A DNA stretch of 64,000 nt from assembly GCF_018350175.1 (NCBI RefSeq), contig NC_058368.1, forward strand, positions 156,242,001 to 156,306,000. The letters run 5' to 3'. This document shows positions 12,838 through 25,700 of this stretch, piece by piece (position 1 is the first letter of the stretch; the number at the start of each line of letters is the position of its first letter). Below the pieces are notes generated by a model, which saw only the letters and a program-made list of their open reading frames with translations, searched no databases and was not told the DNA's origin. The translations under genes and the position numbers were made by a program. The stretch comes from Felis catus. Its lineage: Eukaryota.

Positions 12838-14211
12838 AAAGTTGCATGGGAGCCCACTCCAAGACCTTCCACTGCTTCTTTGCTATGTGGGTTCTTCAAA
12901 CCCACATATGGGGGTTTTGATTTTGTGTGGGTGTGGTCATCATCTTTTTTAGAATCTAAGTTAGGCACCCATGTTCATAGAAATAATGTTTTGCATACAG
13001 CTTTGGGAGATTCCCAGATCCTTTAAGGCCTTAGGGTTCTACTTGATCAGCTTGAGGTCCTCTGCCTTGGTCTGCTTGACTTTATGAGAAGTAGGCCCCA
13101 TAGATCCCTCCCACTATGGGAACCTATAGCCCCTAAAAATTCTACTTCCCTTGCAAGAAGGATGTCTAGTCTAGCTTCTACCTTATAATCTTTTCACACT
13201 TTCCGTGTGATAAAATAAAGGTCTCAACATTTACACAGACAACTAACCCTCCTGACTTCTGTGACATAGGTCCTGGGTAAGGTGAGGGAATAAACTGAGG
13301 AATAACTAATACTTCATCCTTTCAGGAACTTAGACAAACACACAGATGAGCACTACCTGGCCACTGCATAGATAATCGTATATGACAACTGAAACATTCT
13401 ATTATAAAAAACTAGGTTGCTAGTATATACTTCATCTGCATTTTTTATATCTTTTTTCTCTGACTGTTCTGGGCCCAGGTAGTTGCGACACTTAATTTTA
13501 TATCCATTGACAGGATCAGTATTCATGATCTAAAGGCAGGTAGACATATGGACAGAGAAAATTGCTGCACTTAAAATAAAGCCTCACAGCCCACCAAAAG
13601 CTCCCACATGAGACAGAGGTTTGCTGTTCCCTTTGGAGGGACCCACACAACAAACAAATATCCCTTTCCTTCCCATATCAAGAATCACCTAGCCGACTAA
13701 CGAGGATAGAGTCACCTTGAAGCTATTCTTCTGGGTCAATGAGAAAAACTGAAAAGAAACTGCTTCTATTATTACCCTTTATTATTCCCTAGCCAACACT
13801 GGCTCCACTGGATGATACCTAAACGTATTCCTAAATGATAACAAATTCTCCCACACTCCATTCCATCTTCTCTGGCAAAAGCTGTCAGTATTACATTAAC
13901 AAGGGATCGGACTTCTTGCTCATATGCCAAGGGTATAATGCTTGTAGCCCTCTCCTATTTTCTACCTTTCTTATTTTGTTTTTTTGGCTGAGAACATGAG
14001 AGAATATCTGACTCCTGATGTGGCCACCAGGAGTTGAAGATGCTAATCTAAGAATGGCTTACATTTGAATCCAGCCAAAATTGAGAACCATACCCGGGGC
14101 AAATTTCTGAATATTTTCTCAGCTGGCTTTGTTTTAGGCTAGTTTAACTCCCAGTTATAAATACTTAGATATGCTGACCTTCTCAGGGAACAGCTTAATA
14201 AAAAGACATTT
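12838..14211 (-). pseudogene. DIRS-derived block 5: RT thumb/connection and start of RNase H
   Basis: One frame over about 13940-13470 reads IIPLAYEQEVRSLVNVILTAF...ECGRICYHLGIRLGIIQWSQCWL...SAR*FLIW...ILILSMDIKLSVATTW, resembling FLP....LQSLV..LL...C.RLLG.M....VPWAR...SL.WW...VLTTDASL.GW. Donor TTT|gtgagt at 12838; acceptor uncertain (14211 or 14193). Confidence 0.65.
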
Positions 14212-14755
14212 CTAGTATAATGAAATGAGTTTTAAATTCTAAGTACTGTATGCTAATAGCACATCATTAATGAAGTATCTTCCTAATATCCCTTTCTTAG
14301 CCTCAAATTTTGCTAAAGTTCAGTTAATTATATCTCTCACCATATGTGTTACTTTCTATTATCATGACCAAAAATTAACCAATAGAAAAACCTTAAACTA
14401 AATTAACAATTCATTTTTACTATTGTCTAAGGTTGTATTGAAGAATTGATATTTCATTTTTAAAGGAATATACCATGACAGAGATGTTACATTATCGACT
14501 CTTAGTATAACATATTAGAAACTAATTTTAAAAATTTAGCACTGGGATAAAAATCATGCCATCATCAAAAAGATGGATTTAAGTCAAGACATCTGCTGAG
14601 TCTGTGCGCCTCCTAGTATATTTTCTAATTAAAGTCTAACCTTTCAAAATTGAACACTTTTCCTCTTTTATATTAAAAAATAAAGACTAAGGTTCTCTTC
14701 ACCCTTTTTATCAGAGAGGCAAATTATAATGCTTATGAATGTATGTTAACATTAC

Positions 14756-15483
14756 TATGGAAAGAGACAGCCATGGTGATAAGAGCAATCTCTTGTACCA
14801 ACCGAGGAAGTTGTAGTCATGAGCTCGTTACTCTAACAGAGACTAGGGCAGGTCCTAGACTTCGGGATGCCATTTCCCAGGTGTGATGGCACCTCACACA
14901 GCAAATTTTGTGGTTAAGTTTACACTTTTAGCTGCCCCCCTCACCTGACAAATAGTTATCCAGACATAGAGGCAAGGTCATATTTCCCTCAAAGTTCACA
15001 GAGGACTTTGGAGAACCTTGGCAGCAGATATCATCTTTTACAGTCTTCCTCAAGACCTACGAACTACAGAAACTACCTTTAAGTGCGTTTCCCTTGCTAA
15101 TTCAACCAAAGATTTCCCTTGTGCCTATAATGCACTAGGTACCAGGTAGCATACGACTCGTGGTGACCCATCCCAGAGGAACAGAGTAAGCTCTCTAAAA
15201 GCAAGACAGAGGTGACTAACAAGAGTCATACCTCAGACCTATCACCATCAGCTCCTGTGGCCATGCCCGTCTCTTCAGAATAAATTTATCCCCCTTTATT
15301 TAAGTTCAGGCAGGAAGAAAAGCATTAGGTTCAATATATAAGAAAAATTCAGAGTGAAGAAAAATGCAAGGATAAAGAACTAGTTGAAGAAATTATCAGG
15401 AGTCGATGGTCATCCTATTTTGATATAAATGGTCAATGCTGGGCTCTATTGTCTTGTTAGGGTTTGTTCCCTGGGAACATTTT
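14756..15483 (-). pseudogene. DIRS-derived block 4: reverse-transcriptase core
   Basis: Acceptor t(10)caattag|. Motifs occur in order across frameshifts: LMLFFLPE/GDKFILKRRA (LFLVPKKDG..RPILDLR), R*FL*FVGLEEDCKR*YLLPRFSKVL (RRFLRF...YQFRVLP...RVFTKVL), CLDNYL (CLDN at 14966-14955; YLDDWL), SHLGNGIPKSRTCPS (LG..IN.EKS.L.PS). The 3' boundary is approximate. Confidence 0.75.
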
Positions 15484-15739
15484 CTAATTGAAAAAAAAAA
15501 AGTGAATACAAATACATGAAAATTAAACAACTAGACTTTGTTTTTTGATATACAAGCAAATCTTAGATGTATTTGATTTTTATATCATAATAAAAAATGA
15601 AATTGTTCAATAAACACAGTATTTTAGAATTCAACTTGCATTGCATTTTGGGGTACAGGGTTGTTGGCAGCTGGATGTGAAGAAGAAGAAAGAAAGGCAC
15701 GAGTAGATAGAAAAAGAGAAAGGCAGTAGGAGACTAGAA

Positions 15740-16095
15740 GGCAATGTTCCCAAACTGAGAACACTGTATTATAGTTTGTGGACAATTTGGCCCATAGCCT
15801 GTCTTGGTATGGTCTGTGAGCTAAGCTGGCTTTTTTCCTTTGTAAATGGATGAGAGAAAAATCAAAAGAAGGAGAGTATTTAATGATATGTGAAAATTAT
15901 ATGAAATTCAAGTTTCGGTGTCCATAAATAAAAAGTTTCATTGAAACAGCCACACTGATTCACTTATTTATTGTCTGTGGCTGGCCTGTGCCACAGTGCA
16001 GAGTTGAGTAGTAGAGACACAGGCTGTACAGCCTGCAAAGCCTAAAATATTAACTCTTTATCCCTTTGCAGAAAGGGACAACCTCAGCCCTGGAC
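15740..16095. mobile_element. MER58-like hAT-Charlie DNA transposon relic
   Basis: ggcccatagcctgtcttggtatggtctgtgagctaag...ttgaaacagccacactgattcactta...gcctgcaaagcctaaaatattaactctttatccctttgcagaaa resembles MER58. Confidence 0.65.
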
Positions 16096-17889
16096 AAGTA
16101 GGAAGAATGTGAAAGAGAGAAACAGTCAGGGATAAGTTGACACACAAAGGGAGAAAGCAGGGCTAAAAAGGGGCAGCGAGATAAAAATGGTCTTCTAGGT
16201 GGTTTCTTTGTATCTTTCTCCCCATTCAGGTAATCTTATCTATTACTGGACAAGTTCTATTTCTTCAGTGGCTCTCACTAGTTACTTTGCTGCTCTACAA
16301 ACTTTAACAAGACCATGTATAATTGAGACATCAATGACTGTTTTTCAAGACCCTGTAACCTTTCCTCATGTTACATATCTCATCACTCATTCAGTCCACC
16401 ATTTATTTGGCATCTTAGTTTTTGTCTGCCTAACACTTTCCTCCTCCTTCTGGTAACAAGCTGATGATCCCTTGGCCAAGCAGAGGTTTTCCTTGAGACT
16501 TTCTGAACTGAAGTACAAGGGAAGCTGTTGGGACGTAAGCAGGAAGCTCCTAGGGTGCACATGCTCTATTGAGTGGAATCACCACTGGTCTGACAACACC
16601 TCGTGGGGAGAAACCCAGACGACAGATAATGCAATACACTAGAAAGGGAAGTTTCAGCTGCTCAGGTTTCCAGAAATCCTCCAATCCCTATCTTTCCAGA
16701 GGTTTAAATGTTTAGCTCTTTCTTCTCTCGTGTGAACTACCATGTCAGTTTTAAATAAATGCTCATCTCTCTCTCTCCCTCTCTGTTTTTTTTTTTTTTT
16801 TTTTGTATAAGAAGTAGAGATGAGGAATGGAAGAACAAAGCTGTCACTTGCACATTCAGAGTCCTGGCTAATGCCTTCATCAGTTACATATATCTCTTAT
16901 GTGCCAGTCACAGTACTCTCCACTGTCTCAAACAGTAACCCCTACTGCTGGTACTGCTGAACTGCAAGGGAACCTCTTTCTCTTTCCATCTGCTTATACA
17001 AGGGCTACTCATCCTTCAAGGCCAAATTCAAGGCCATATTCTTCATGAAGTTTTGCCAGCTTGCTCTCCCTCACAGTAAAATCTCCCTTTTATGAATTCC
17101 TAATGTACTTAAAGAGACAAATTAGTTGCTAATTAATTTAATATGGTATTATATGCTTTTTCCCTCACATATGGCTTGATGGGTTAGTCTTTCTCACCCT
17201 TTCTCTAGGTGTTAGCCCTAGATTTGAAAGTACTTGAAGACACCAAATAAAGGTAGACTTTAAATTGATTTCAAACTTCAGAAAAGATTGCCTCAAGGAA
17301 AGTAGTTATTCTCCAAAGGAATATTATTAGCTACTGCTGAGTTGAGCTGGGGGTGTGAGTGGGTGATAGAGAGTAAGAACAGAAGAAGGTATCTTGTTGG
17401 AAGTCTTGGGAGTGAGTGCTGAGATGGGAGAAGCCAGAAGACCTGAGAAACCAGGCCCGGGTGTTCTTCTTACTGTTGTGTCTTCCAAATAAACCCTCTA
17501 CTCTGTATACATCCCCTACTCTGCATTATAGGAAAGCACCAGGGAGTGAACACTGTTGCTCAACTCTTCCCGCTTTCTGCTTCTCCAGATCTCGCTCACC
17601 CTGCAACCAATTCAGTTCCATGTCATCTGTCATCTTCATCACCCTGGACAGCAGAAGGGACCCCTACCTGCTGGAATCACTTTCTCAGAGCTCTGCAACT
17701 GCTTGTCTGCATAACTTCCAGCAGCTTTTCACGTTCGCATTTTATTTCTCTATCTATATAGGAAGTGTGGGTCTTATACTTTTTGGAATCCCCATTCATC
17801 TTAGCACAATATTTTTAAAATATTGTAGAGGCTCAATTAGTAAGTTGATAAGTTGTCTCCTACATTATACCTCCAGACATTGATTTATT

Positions 17890-18790
17890 TCAAGAAAACG
17901 ATGCAGTTAAAAAAATATATTCACTGAACTCCCGTTGTGTGCTAGGCAGTGGATTGGGTGCTGAGGAAAATAAATAATACTTGCCCTTGAGGTGCTTAGA
18001 GTCCATATGGGGAGACAGACCCCTAATTAGATATTTTAATAGAATATGCTAAGAGCTTTGAGAAAGGCATACGGAGATGCTGTGGGAGTATGGATTAGGG
18101 GCTCTAGCTCGGAGAAAGCTTCCTGGAAGAAATGACACATGAGCTGTCATAAAGGATCGATGGGAATTAGGCAAAGAGGGGAAGGGAAGAGGGTAAGGAG
18201 GTGAGAGAGAGCACAGCATGAGTGGGGCTGTCAGTTTCATGTTGTCAGAGAGTGAAAAATATGAGGTGTGTAGAGGCACGAGATGAGGCTGGAGAATGCA
18301 GGTGCTAGGTCAAGGAAGGCTTGGTTTCTAATACTGAAGAGCTGGGGCTGTATGCTGACAGTGATGAGGAGCCAGTGAAGGGCCTTCAATGGGGAGTGGC
18401 ATGTGCTTGTCAGATGTTTCAGAAAATACAAGAATAAGGGCAAGGAATCCAATAAAAAAGATTTTTTTTAACAGTCCAAATGAGAGATGATGAAGACCGA
18501 AATCGGGCCTTGATGGCAAGAAGGGAGAGTAGACAGACTTGAAAACATTTAGGTGACACGGCAAATTAAAGAATCTTGGTAATTCTTTTGACGGTGGGGA
18601 GGTGGGCAGAAGGGGAAAATGAGTCACGGTTTCTGCCTGAGTGATTATTAGTGACATTAACTTGGGCTGGGGAAGAGGAACAGGGATTAGGGGGAATGAA
18701 GAGGAGTTCTGTTTTATCCATGCTGTATTTGGAGTGCCTATGGACCATCCCAGGGACCAGCTGAGCAGGCATTTATTTAGCTCTGGAAAT
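17890..18790. mobile_element. Ancient L2-like LINE relic
   Basis: Purine-rich L2-type text (tgtgctaggcagtgg...tgcccttgaggtgcttagagtc...gagttctgttttatccatgctgtatttggagtgcct). Confidence 0.6.
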
Positions 18791-21634
18791 ACACAAGCTC
18801 CAGTGGGGGGATCAGTGCAGGACCTACATCAGGTAGCCCTTCCAACACAGTGATGGTTGGAGTCAAGAGGATAAAAAAGAGAGAATCTACATGCATCTAT
18901 TATTTTAACTTAGTCTGATTTCATTACTATTGCTTATTTTGAAATTGGAAAATGTTAATATAGCACTTCCAGAGAATATTATATGAAAGATTCTGAAGAC
19001 AAAATTATTCAATGAGAAATTGACAAAAGTAACAAATAAGCAGCCCTTTGTCATGTACAGGTATTTAGGAACACCATATTAATATATGACAAGTCACATT
19101 TTCAGTTTAATGCTATGTATGTATGTATGTATGTATATGTTTAAAATGATGATAACAAGGGGTGCCTGGGTGGCTCAGTCAGCTAAGCGTCTGACTCTTG
19201 ATTTCAGCTCAGGTTATGATCTCACGGATCCTGAGCTTGAGTCCTGCGTCGGGCTTTGTGCTGACAGTGCAGAGCCTGCTTGGGATCCTCCCTCTCCCTC
19301 TTTCTCTGTCCCTCCCCTGCTCACTCACTCTCTCTCAAAATAAATAAATAAACTTAAAAAAATAATGATAACAAAATGCTTAGTTTGTGCCAAACACTAA
19401 GTACATCTATATTAATACTTAGATACTATGAGGTAGATTTTATTATCATGTCCATCTTACAGACTAAACTGACGCTCATAGAAGATAAGCAACCTGTCCA
19501 AAGCCATGTAGCTGTCAAGTGGCAAAGCTGGAATGCAAAGCCACGTCTCTCCAGCTGCAAAGCCCCCTACAAGACACTGAGCATTAAGTGTCCTTCCTAC
19601 ACCCCCATCCCTTTGCTGAGGGCCTTTTTTGGCAGCAATAAGACAGCTGACAAGACAGCAATAGCCTTGATAATCCAGGAGGAGGCAGGTGAGCACAGGA
19701 ATTTTAACACTTCAAAAAAAGTCATAATGATCTGATGTTCAAATGAATTCATGCATCAACTTGGATATTTATGCTTCTGAATAGTTGTAGTTAAAACCCA
19801 GTAAGTCTATTGATTTTGGAGGGCTATTTTGAGTTCACATACCAAATTTAATTAGCTTTTTCTTTGGCTCACCAATGTCTCTTCTAGAAACAAAACTTCA
19901 AAAGATACTCACACGAGCATACAAACAAAAAGAAACTGGGAAAACCCTAATATCTATCCACAGAAGTTAGTTAATTAATTAAATAATGACATAATCATAA
20001 ACACAATAGGTGGCAGCCCCTAAAAAGAATAATACAGATCATTTTGTACATATTAATACAAAAGAGGTCCATGATATAGTAAATTAAAAAAAATTGCAGA
20101 GGAATTTGTAGAATGTGCATATACAGTACATGCACACACATAAATGTGGAAGGGCACACGTTAAACTGTAAAACAGGGATTACTTTAGGGTTTTAGGGTT
20201 AGGGGTGGAGAGGGTAAAAGATCTATCACTGTTTAATTTATACATTTTAAACATACATGCATGTTTGATTAAACGCACACGTGTGTGTATGTACGCATAT
20301 TTCTCTAAAAGTGGGCATGTTGCTTTGGGAGAGAAAAAAATTAAGATTTTCTAGATCCATTGAGCCAACAACCTGATAAGACCAATTTAAATTTAGCCAT
20401 ATGCAAATCAATTATGCTACATCTCTATTAGGGAATATAGTTCTGCTGCAAAGAATGTCAAACCAAATTGCAATGACACGGGAGGAGGTCATGAAATTTT
20501 AATTGAAAAAAGCACAATGCAGAACAATATGTCTAGTTTGATCTCATTTTGAAAAATATAAATTTGTATATCAATTTTTACATGTGCATAGAAAAATTCT
20601 AGAGTACGAACAAAGTGTGAATAAGAGTGGTGATCCTGGAGACTGGGATTGGAGGGAAGTAAATGTGAGGACTTTGACCTTCTTCTTTTTTTTTTTAATT
20701 TTTTTAATGTTTATTTATTTTTGACAGAGAGAGAGAGAGAGCATGAGCGGGAGAGGGGCAGAGAGAGAGGGAGACACAGAATCTGAAGCAGGCTCCAGGC
20801 TCCGAGCTGTCAGCACAGAGCCCGACGCGGGGCTCGAACCCACAGACCCCGAGATCATGACCTGAGCCGAAGTCGGATGCTCAACCGACTGAGCCACCCA
20901 GGTGCCCCTTTTGACCTTCTTCTTAATATGTGTTTTATGTTTTAATTTTTAAAATAAAAATTCATTACTCTGGTAATTTTTTAAAGTAGTAAGACCATTT
21001 CTAATGAAATGCAGCTTTAGCAGTGGGACAGTGGATCACTTTATTTCCACTTTATTTCAGATCTTAAATATTCGATATCACAACATCTACAACTGTGTCC
21101 TAGAAAAACTTTCAGATCCATGTTTATGAAATATATAATTTAGCATAGCTTTTCATGTATAAAAGTGCCCTCAAAACTGAACAAAATGAGGGGCACCTAG
21201 GTGGCTCAGTCAGCTCAGCATCCAACTTCTGACTTCAGGTCATGATCTCAGTGTTTTTAAGAATGAGCCCCACATCGGGCTCTGCACTGACAGTGCGGAG
21301 CCTGCTTGGGATTCTCTCCCTCTCTGCCTCTCCCTAGACTTGCATGCATTCTCTTTCTCTGTCTCAAAATAAATAACCATTAAAAAAAAAGACTTAACAA
21401 AATGTAAAAATACTTTAATACATTTTCCAAATCTTAGTTTCTCTCTTTCTTCCTGTCCTCACAATATAAATCTAGGCCAGAAATGTTCCTGGCGTTCATT
21501 TTGGATGTGGAGCCACCTATCCTCTGGCCCCACCTCCTCTCTCAAAACACCAAACTGAACTCTCTATTTTAACTGGGAAGACCCCTAGTGAGACCCTACT
21601 GTCCTCTAAGTCACGATGCATGTCCCTGTCTCAC

Positions 21635-22771
21635 CTGTGTTCTAGGCTTCCGGTTGCACTCACACCACTTTTCCATTATCTGACAGTCTCAATCCTGATT
21701 CTGAGCTCTTGCTCATGCCTTAAGCATTCTTCATCTCCTTGGTTGTCTTCAGAGAAGACCAATTCAAGAGCCTCTCTGATTTCTCCCAAGGGTTCAGAAA
21801 GAAAGTCCTGCCACTTGAAAGGCAAATATATGTATCTTCCTAATGAGGAATCATCTACTCTGCTTCTTCCAACCTTCGACATCTTCCAGGGAGCCAGATA
21901 TCTTGGAGCCAGACTTCATCACCTTTAGACCAAAAGGACAGGGTACTACAAGGGCATGATGTGGAAGACACCTAGGATTCTAGCCTGTGTACTAAGGCTT
22001 ATGATCATAAACATGTACCTGAAATTCAAAGGGGCCTAAGGAAGAAAGAACCTCAGTTAGATCAGCTCAATTAGGTCTAAAAGAAGGGCTGCTTTTAACA
22101 AATAACAAAGAGAGTATTATCAGAGTCCTTAAGGTATCTTAGAGAAGGCATTTATTGATAAGATTGTAATTCTCGGGGCGCCTGGGTGGCTCAGTCGGTT
22201 AAGTGGCCGACTTCGGCTCAGGTCATGATCTCGCGGTCCATGAGTTCGAGCCCCACGTCGGGCTCTGGGCTGACAGCTCAGAGCCTGGAGCCTGTTTCAG
22301 ATTCTGTGTCTCCCTCTCTCTGACCCTCCCCCGTTCATGCTCTGTCTCTCTCTGTCTCAAATAAATGTTAAAAAAAAATTTTTTTAAAAAGATTGTCATT
22401 CTCCAAAGTTTTTGGTTTCAAGTAACAGAAAAGTAAATTTGAGCAAGAAATGGGAATTTCCTGCAAGCTGAGGGCTGTCCTGTGGTCTTTGTCTCCAATG
22501 GGTAGAGAGATAACCGACAATCAGCTGGAGTGAAAGTTGTAAAGCCCCTCTCTTAATCTCAGCTGAGTTTGCTTTCACTCATGCCAAGCAATAGGATCGG
22601 AAAGCAGCCATTTACAGTTGTTGGAAGAGCCAAGATTTCCAGTTTGCCAAAGTGAGACTTACATGCTTGGAATTCACTTGGAGGCTAGAAGGCTCCAAAA
22701 GGCTTGTGATAAATCGGGGAAGCAGCTGTGCTCCTTTGTTTTTATCACAAAGTGGCACGAGTAACTCCAAG
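21635..22771 (-). pseudogene. DIRS-derived block 3: gag C-terminus plus pol N-terminus, split by a SINE
   Basis: KNFGE[SINE]...SLRYLKDSDNTL (22145-22110) resembles gag LFGE...SLHTLKDSRATL. LGRYIYLPFKWQDFLSEPLGEIREALELVFS (ORF 21676..21882) resembles the pol start VGGRL.HF...WQ.ITSDPWVL.IIR.GY.LEF. Strong donor CAG|gtgaga at 21635; weaker acceptor at 22771. Confidence 0.7.
22175..22388 (+). mobile_element. CAN-SINE inserted into DIRS-derived block 3
   Basis: ggggcgcctgggtggctcagtcggtt head, CT-rich body and A tail. 15-bp TSD aagattgt(a/c)attctc at 22160-22174 and 22389-22403. Confidence 0.95.
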
Positions 22772-25700
22772 CTGGTATTAGATGAACAATCTTATTTTTG
22801 TGAGTGATTCAACATGGAGATCAGATTTTATCTTAGTGTGTGTAAATTTTAACTATAGAAAAAATACAAATCTGTTCTTTCCCTGAGAAATCAAAAACTA
22901 TATTAACAGAAGCTGCCTTTTTATAATTCATTTATATTTATTACAAATCAAGTTAACATTTAGAATTGTGTCTACCTGATATTTAAAAGTTAATCTCAGT
23001 ATTCAAATCTTTATTTTGTGTGGACATCAAGTTAAAATATCTTAAATGCTAATTTTCAAGATCAAATCTACATTATGGCATAACTAAGAGCATAAAATAT
23101 GTTAGCTCTATTGCATCACCAATAAAGATTAGATCTTCAAACTGTGACAATATAAACAACTTAGCAATTCTCATTTGATGACTATGAAAGCTAATATCCT
23201 TCAGTGTTTTAAAATTAATATAAAAAGGATGACATATATCTTTTTTTCAAAGTTTCATCTTAAGTAAATAAAAGGAAATAAAACTATAATTGAATAGAGA
23301 CTTCAAGATCTTGAAGGAAAAGATCTAATGAATGATAAGAATGCTACATGTAAGTAAATAATCATGGGTAGGATAAACTCTTAAAATAATAGCATAAAAT
23401 TCAAATTTTATTACAAGCTAAGGTTTCAATACAGGAACTTTGCCATGGAGATGAAAACCCTCCTGACATTTAATAGTTAGTACTTTGCGGGATTTGAAAA
23501 ACACAATTAGATACCAGCAATCAATTTGTTGACTCTATTGTCCCCAGATAGGACAGTGGGGAATTTCCAGTGGGGAAATTCTGCTTACCCTCTAAATACT
23601 ACTGCACACTCCATAACTTACTAATTAGCACTTAATTTTCCCTTTGCTTAGGGAATAATGATTACTGCTTTCACCTAATACAACAAGGGCTACCTTTAAC
23701 AATCAATTTTTAAAAATTAGCCAATGATCCATAGACAACACCCATCTCCCGATGAGTGCCTTACACATTCCATCAGGACAGCACCACTAAAAGTTTTCAA
23801 GCTCTGCTAAGACATAGTTAACTTTTATGCTAACATAAATGCAGAATAGTCATTTTGATTATTTCAGGAACAATAAAACTTTAAACGTTTTGACTTTGGG
23901 TATGAAAATTTCAATCACGAGTTTTAAACTTGTATACTGAATGATTAGGGTGTGATTTAAAATATTTAACATGAAATGGCAAGAGCGAGCCATTAATTCC
24001 TATCAAACAGATGTTCAAGAGGCAAAGCACAAACAGCCTTAGCTAAAGCCTTTCATTCTTACGTTCTTTAAATTTATAGAGATATTTGGTAACATGAGAC
24101 TTTGGTAAAGGAAGTAATTATAAAAGGGAAAAGCTGACTTCTAAGAGTTGTCTATGGTTTTCAATGGCACATCTCTAGTTTCTAAGCCTCAAAACATGCT
24201 ATACCTTCAATCAAATAAACGAGTTTGAAGTGCCAGTTTATGAAATCTGGATTGTAATTCTGATGGTGATGAAAGCATGAAAATCTAGATATTTTGGGTG
24301 ATAACGATGAATTTACAATGTACATCTAACTTGTGATTGTATGTATATTACCATATATTAATATCATATCCAGTGACAGAAAGTGAAATAAATAAATATG
24401 CAGTCAAGAAAATGAAGCCAAAATAGTTTCTATATCAGTAGGAGTATGAAGGATACTATTATCCAAATTTCCAAATTCTAAATTCTAATTGGATCTATTG
24501 AATAAAAAAATATGACAAACTTTAAAAAAAATGTTGGCCAAAATAATTTAGACAAGTGAAATAGCAAAATGATTGGCAAAAAAAGTAAAAAATTCACTCC
24601 ACAGTGTCATAAGACACATAAAGTAAAAAAAAGAGACAAGGGAATGTAAATCTTGACTAACTGACCTGATCAAATAATTCCTCAATTTTATTTGTGGTTT
24701 ATGGTAAACCAATGAAAAATCCAAAGAAGTCACACATTTGACAAAAATTACTAGAAAAGCCTAAGATTTAATGCTTATTATACAAGTAAAAATAGAAGAA
24801 AACAAAATTAGATTTGGGTTCAATCAGATATGAAGTAGTTTAATAAACCAAAAGCAAGGCAACTTAGCAATTGTGTAGGGGGAAATTTTAAGGAGTAAGT
24901 TTTCAAAGTGGTGCATGGGGAGATCTATGCATAAATCCCATTAGTAATAATGTGTTCCTCTGATCTTGGTGATATTCACTTTTAAGTGATGCCATAACTA
25001 TTGTAACAATCCTGCATTTATGACAACATTCATCTATTCAGTCCCTGAAGACAGTGAACTTAAAAGTAGTTGTTCTTTCTTTTGCATTTACTAATAATAT
25101 ATTTAGTTTTATAGGCACTAGTCACAGATCGACCCTTTTTTATGTCTCACTGTGGTGTGTAATTTTTTTTTAATAACTGTATGTTTAAAATAATTAGTAC
25201 TGCTGGATATAATCACTAATTTCCTAAAACTGCAAAAGGCAACTTAATATTTCTGCATAGCAGCTGTAATACACAATATTGCACAGAACTAAATTATTAC
25301 AAACAGTGCCAGCAGTTTTCTATACACAGTACTTAAGATAATTATAAAAAATCATCTTCATTACTGCTTGCTAGCATTTTTTTTAACAGTTTAATTTGGA
25401 TAGGTTACAAAATACATTCAAATCACACAGATATAATTACTGTAAACCCAAGAAGCTATAAAATGTTCCCAACCAAATCCCTTTGACCCTGTTAATGTCT
25501 GTTCCTTGTTAATCTAAGGCAAACATTGTTTGTAGTGTGCATTTGTTATAGAATATAAAAAAAAAAGAAGGGGGGGGCTAGGAAATCCCTTAACAGTTGT
25601 TATTGATTCCGGCATTTACCGACAGAGAGTTAAGTGCTGTTTACAAAACAGAACAGATGCAGATGCTGACAAAAAGGTAAACAATTGTTGCATGGCTTCC

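Noticed and set aside
17416..17883. 155-aa plus-strand ORF lying between DIRS blocks 3 and 4
   Set aside because: I saw no DIRS or other motif on either strand and no convincing splice boundaries; left unassigned.
19457..19735. Overlapping ORFs 19376..19735 and 19457..19696
   Set aside because: Partly MIR-like repeat with no protein similarity; there is not enough evidence for an exon or a regulatory call.
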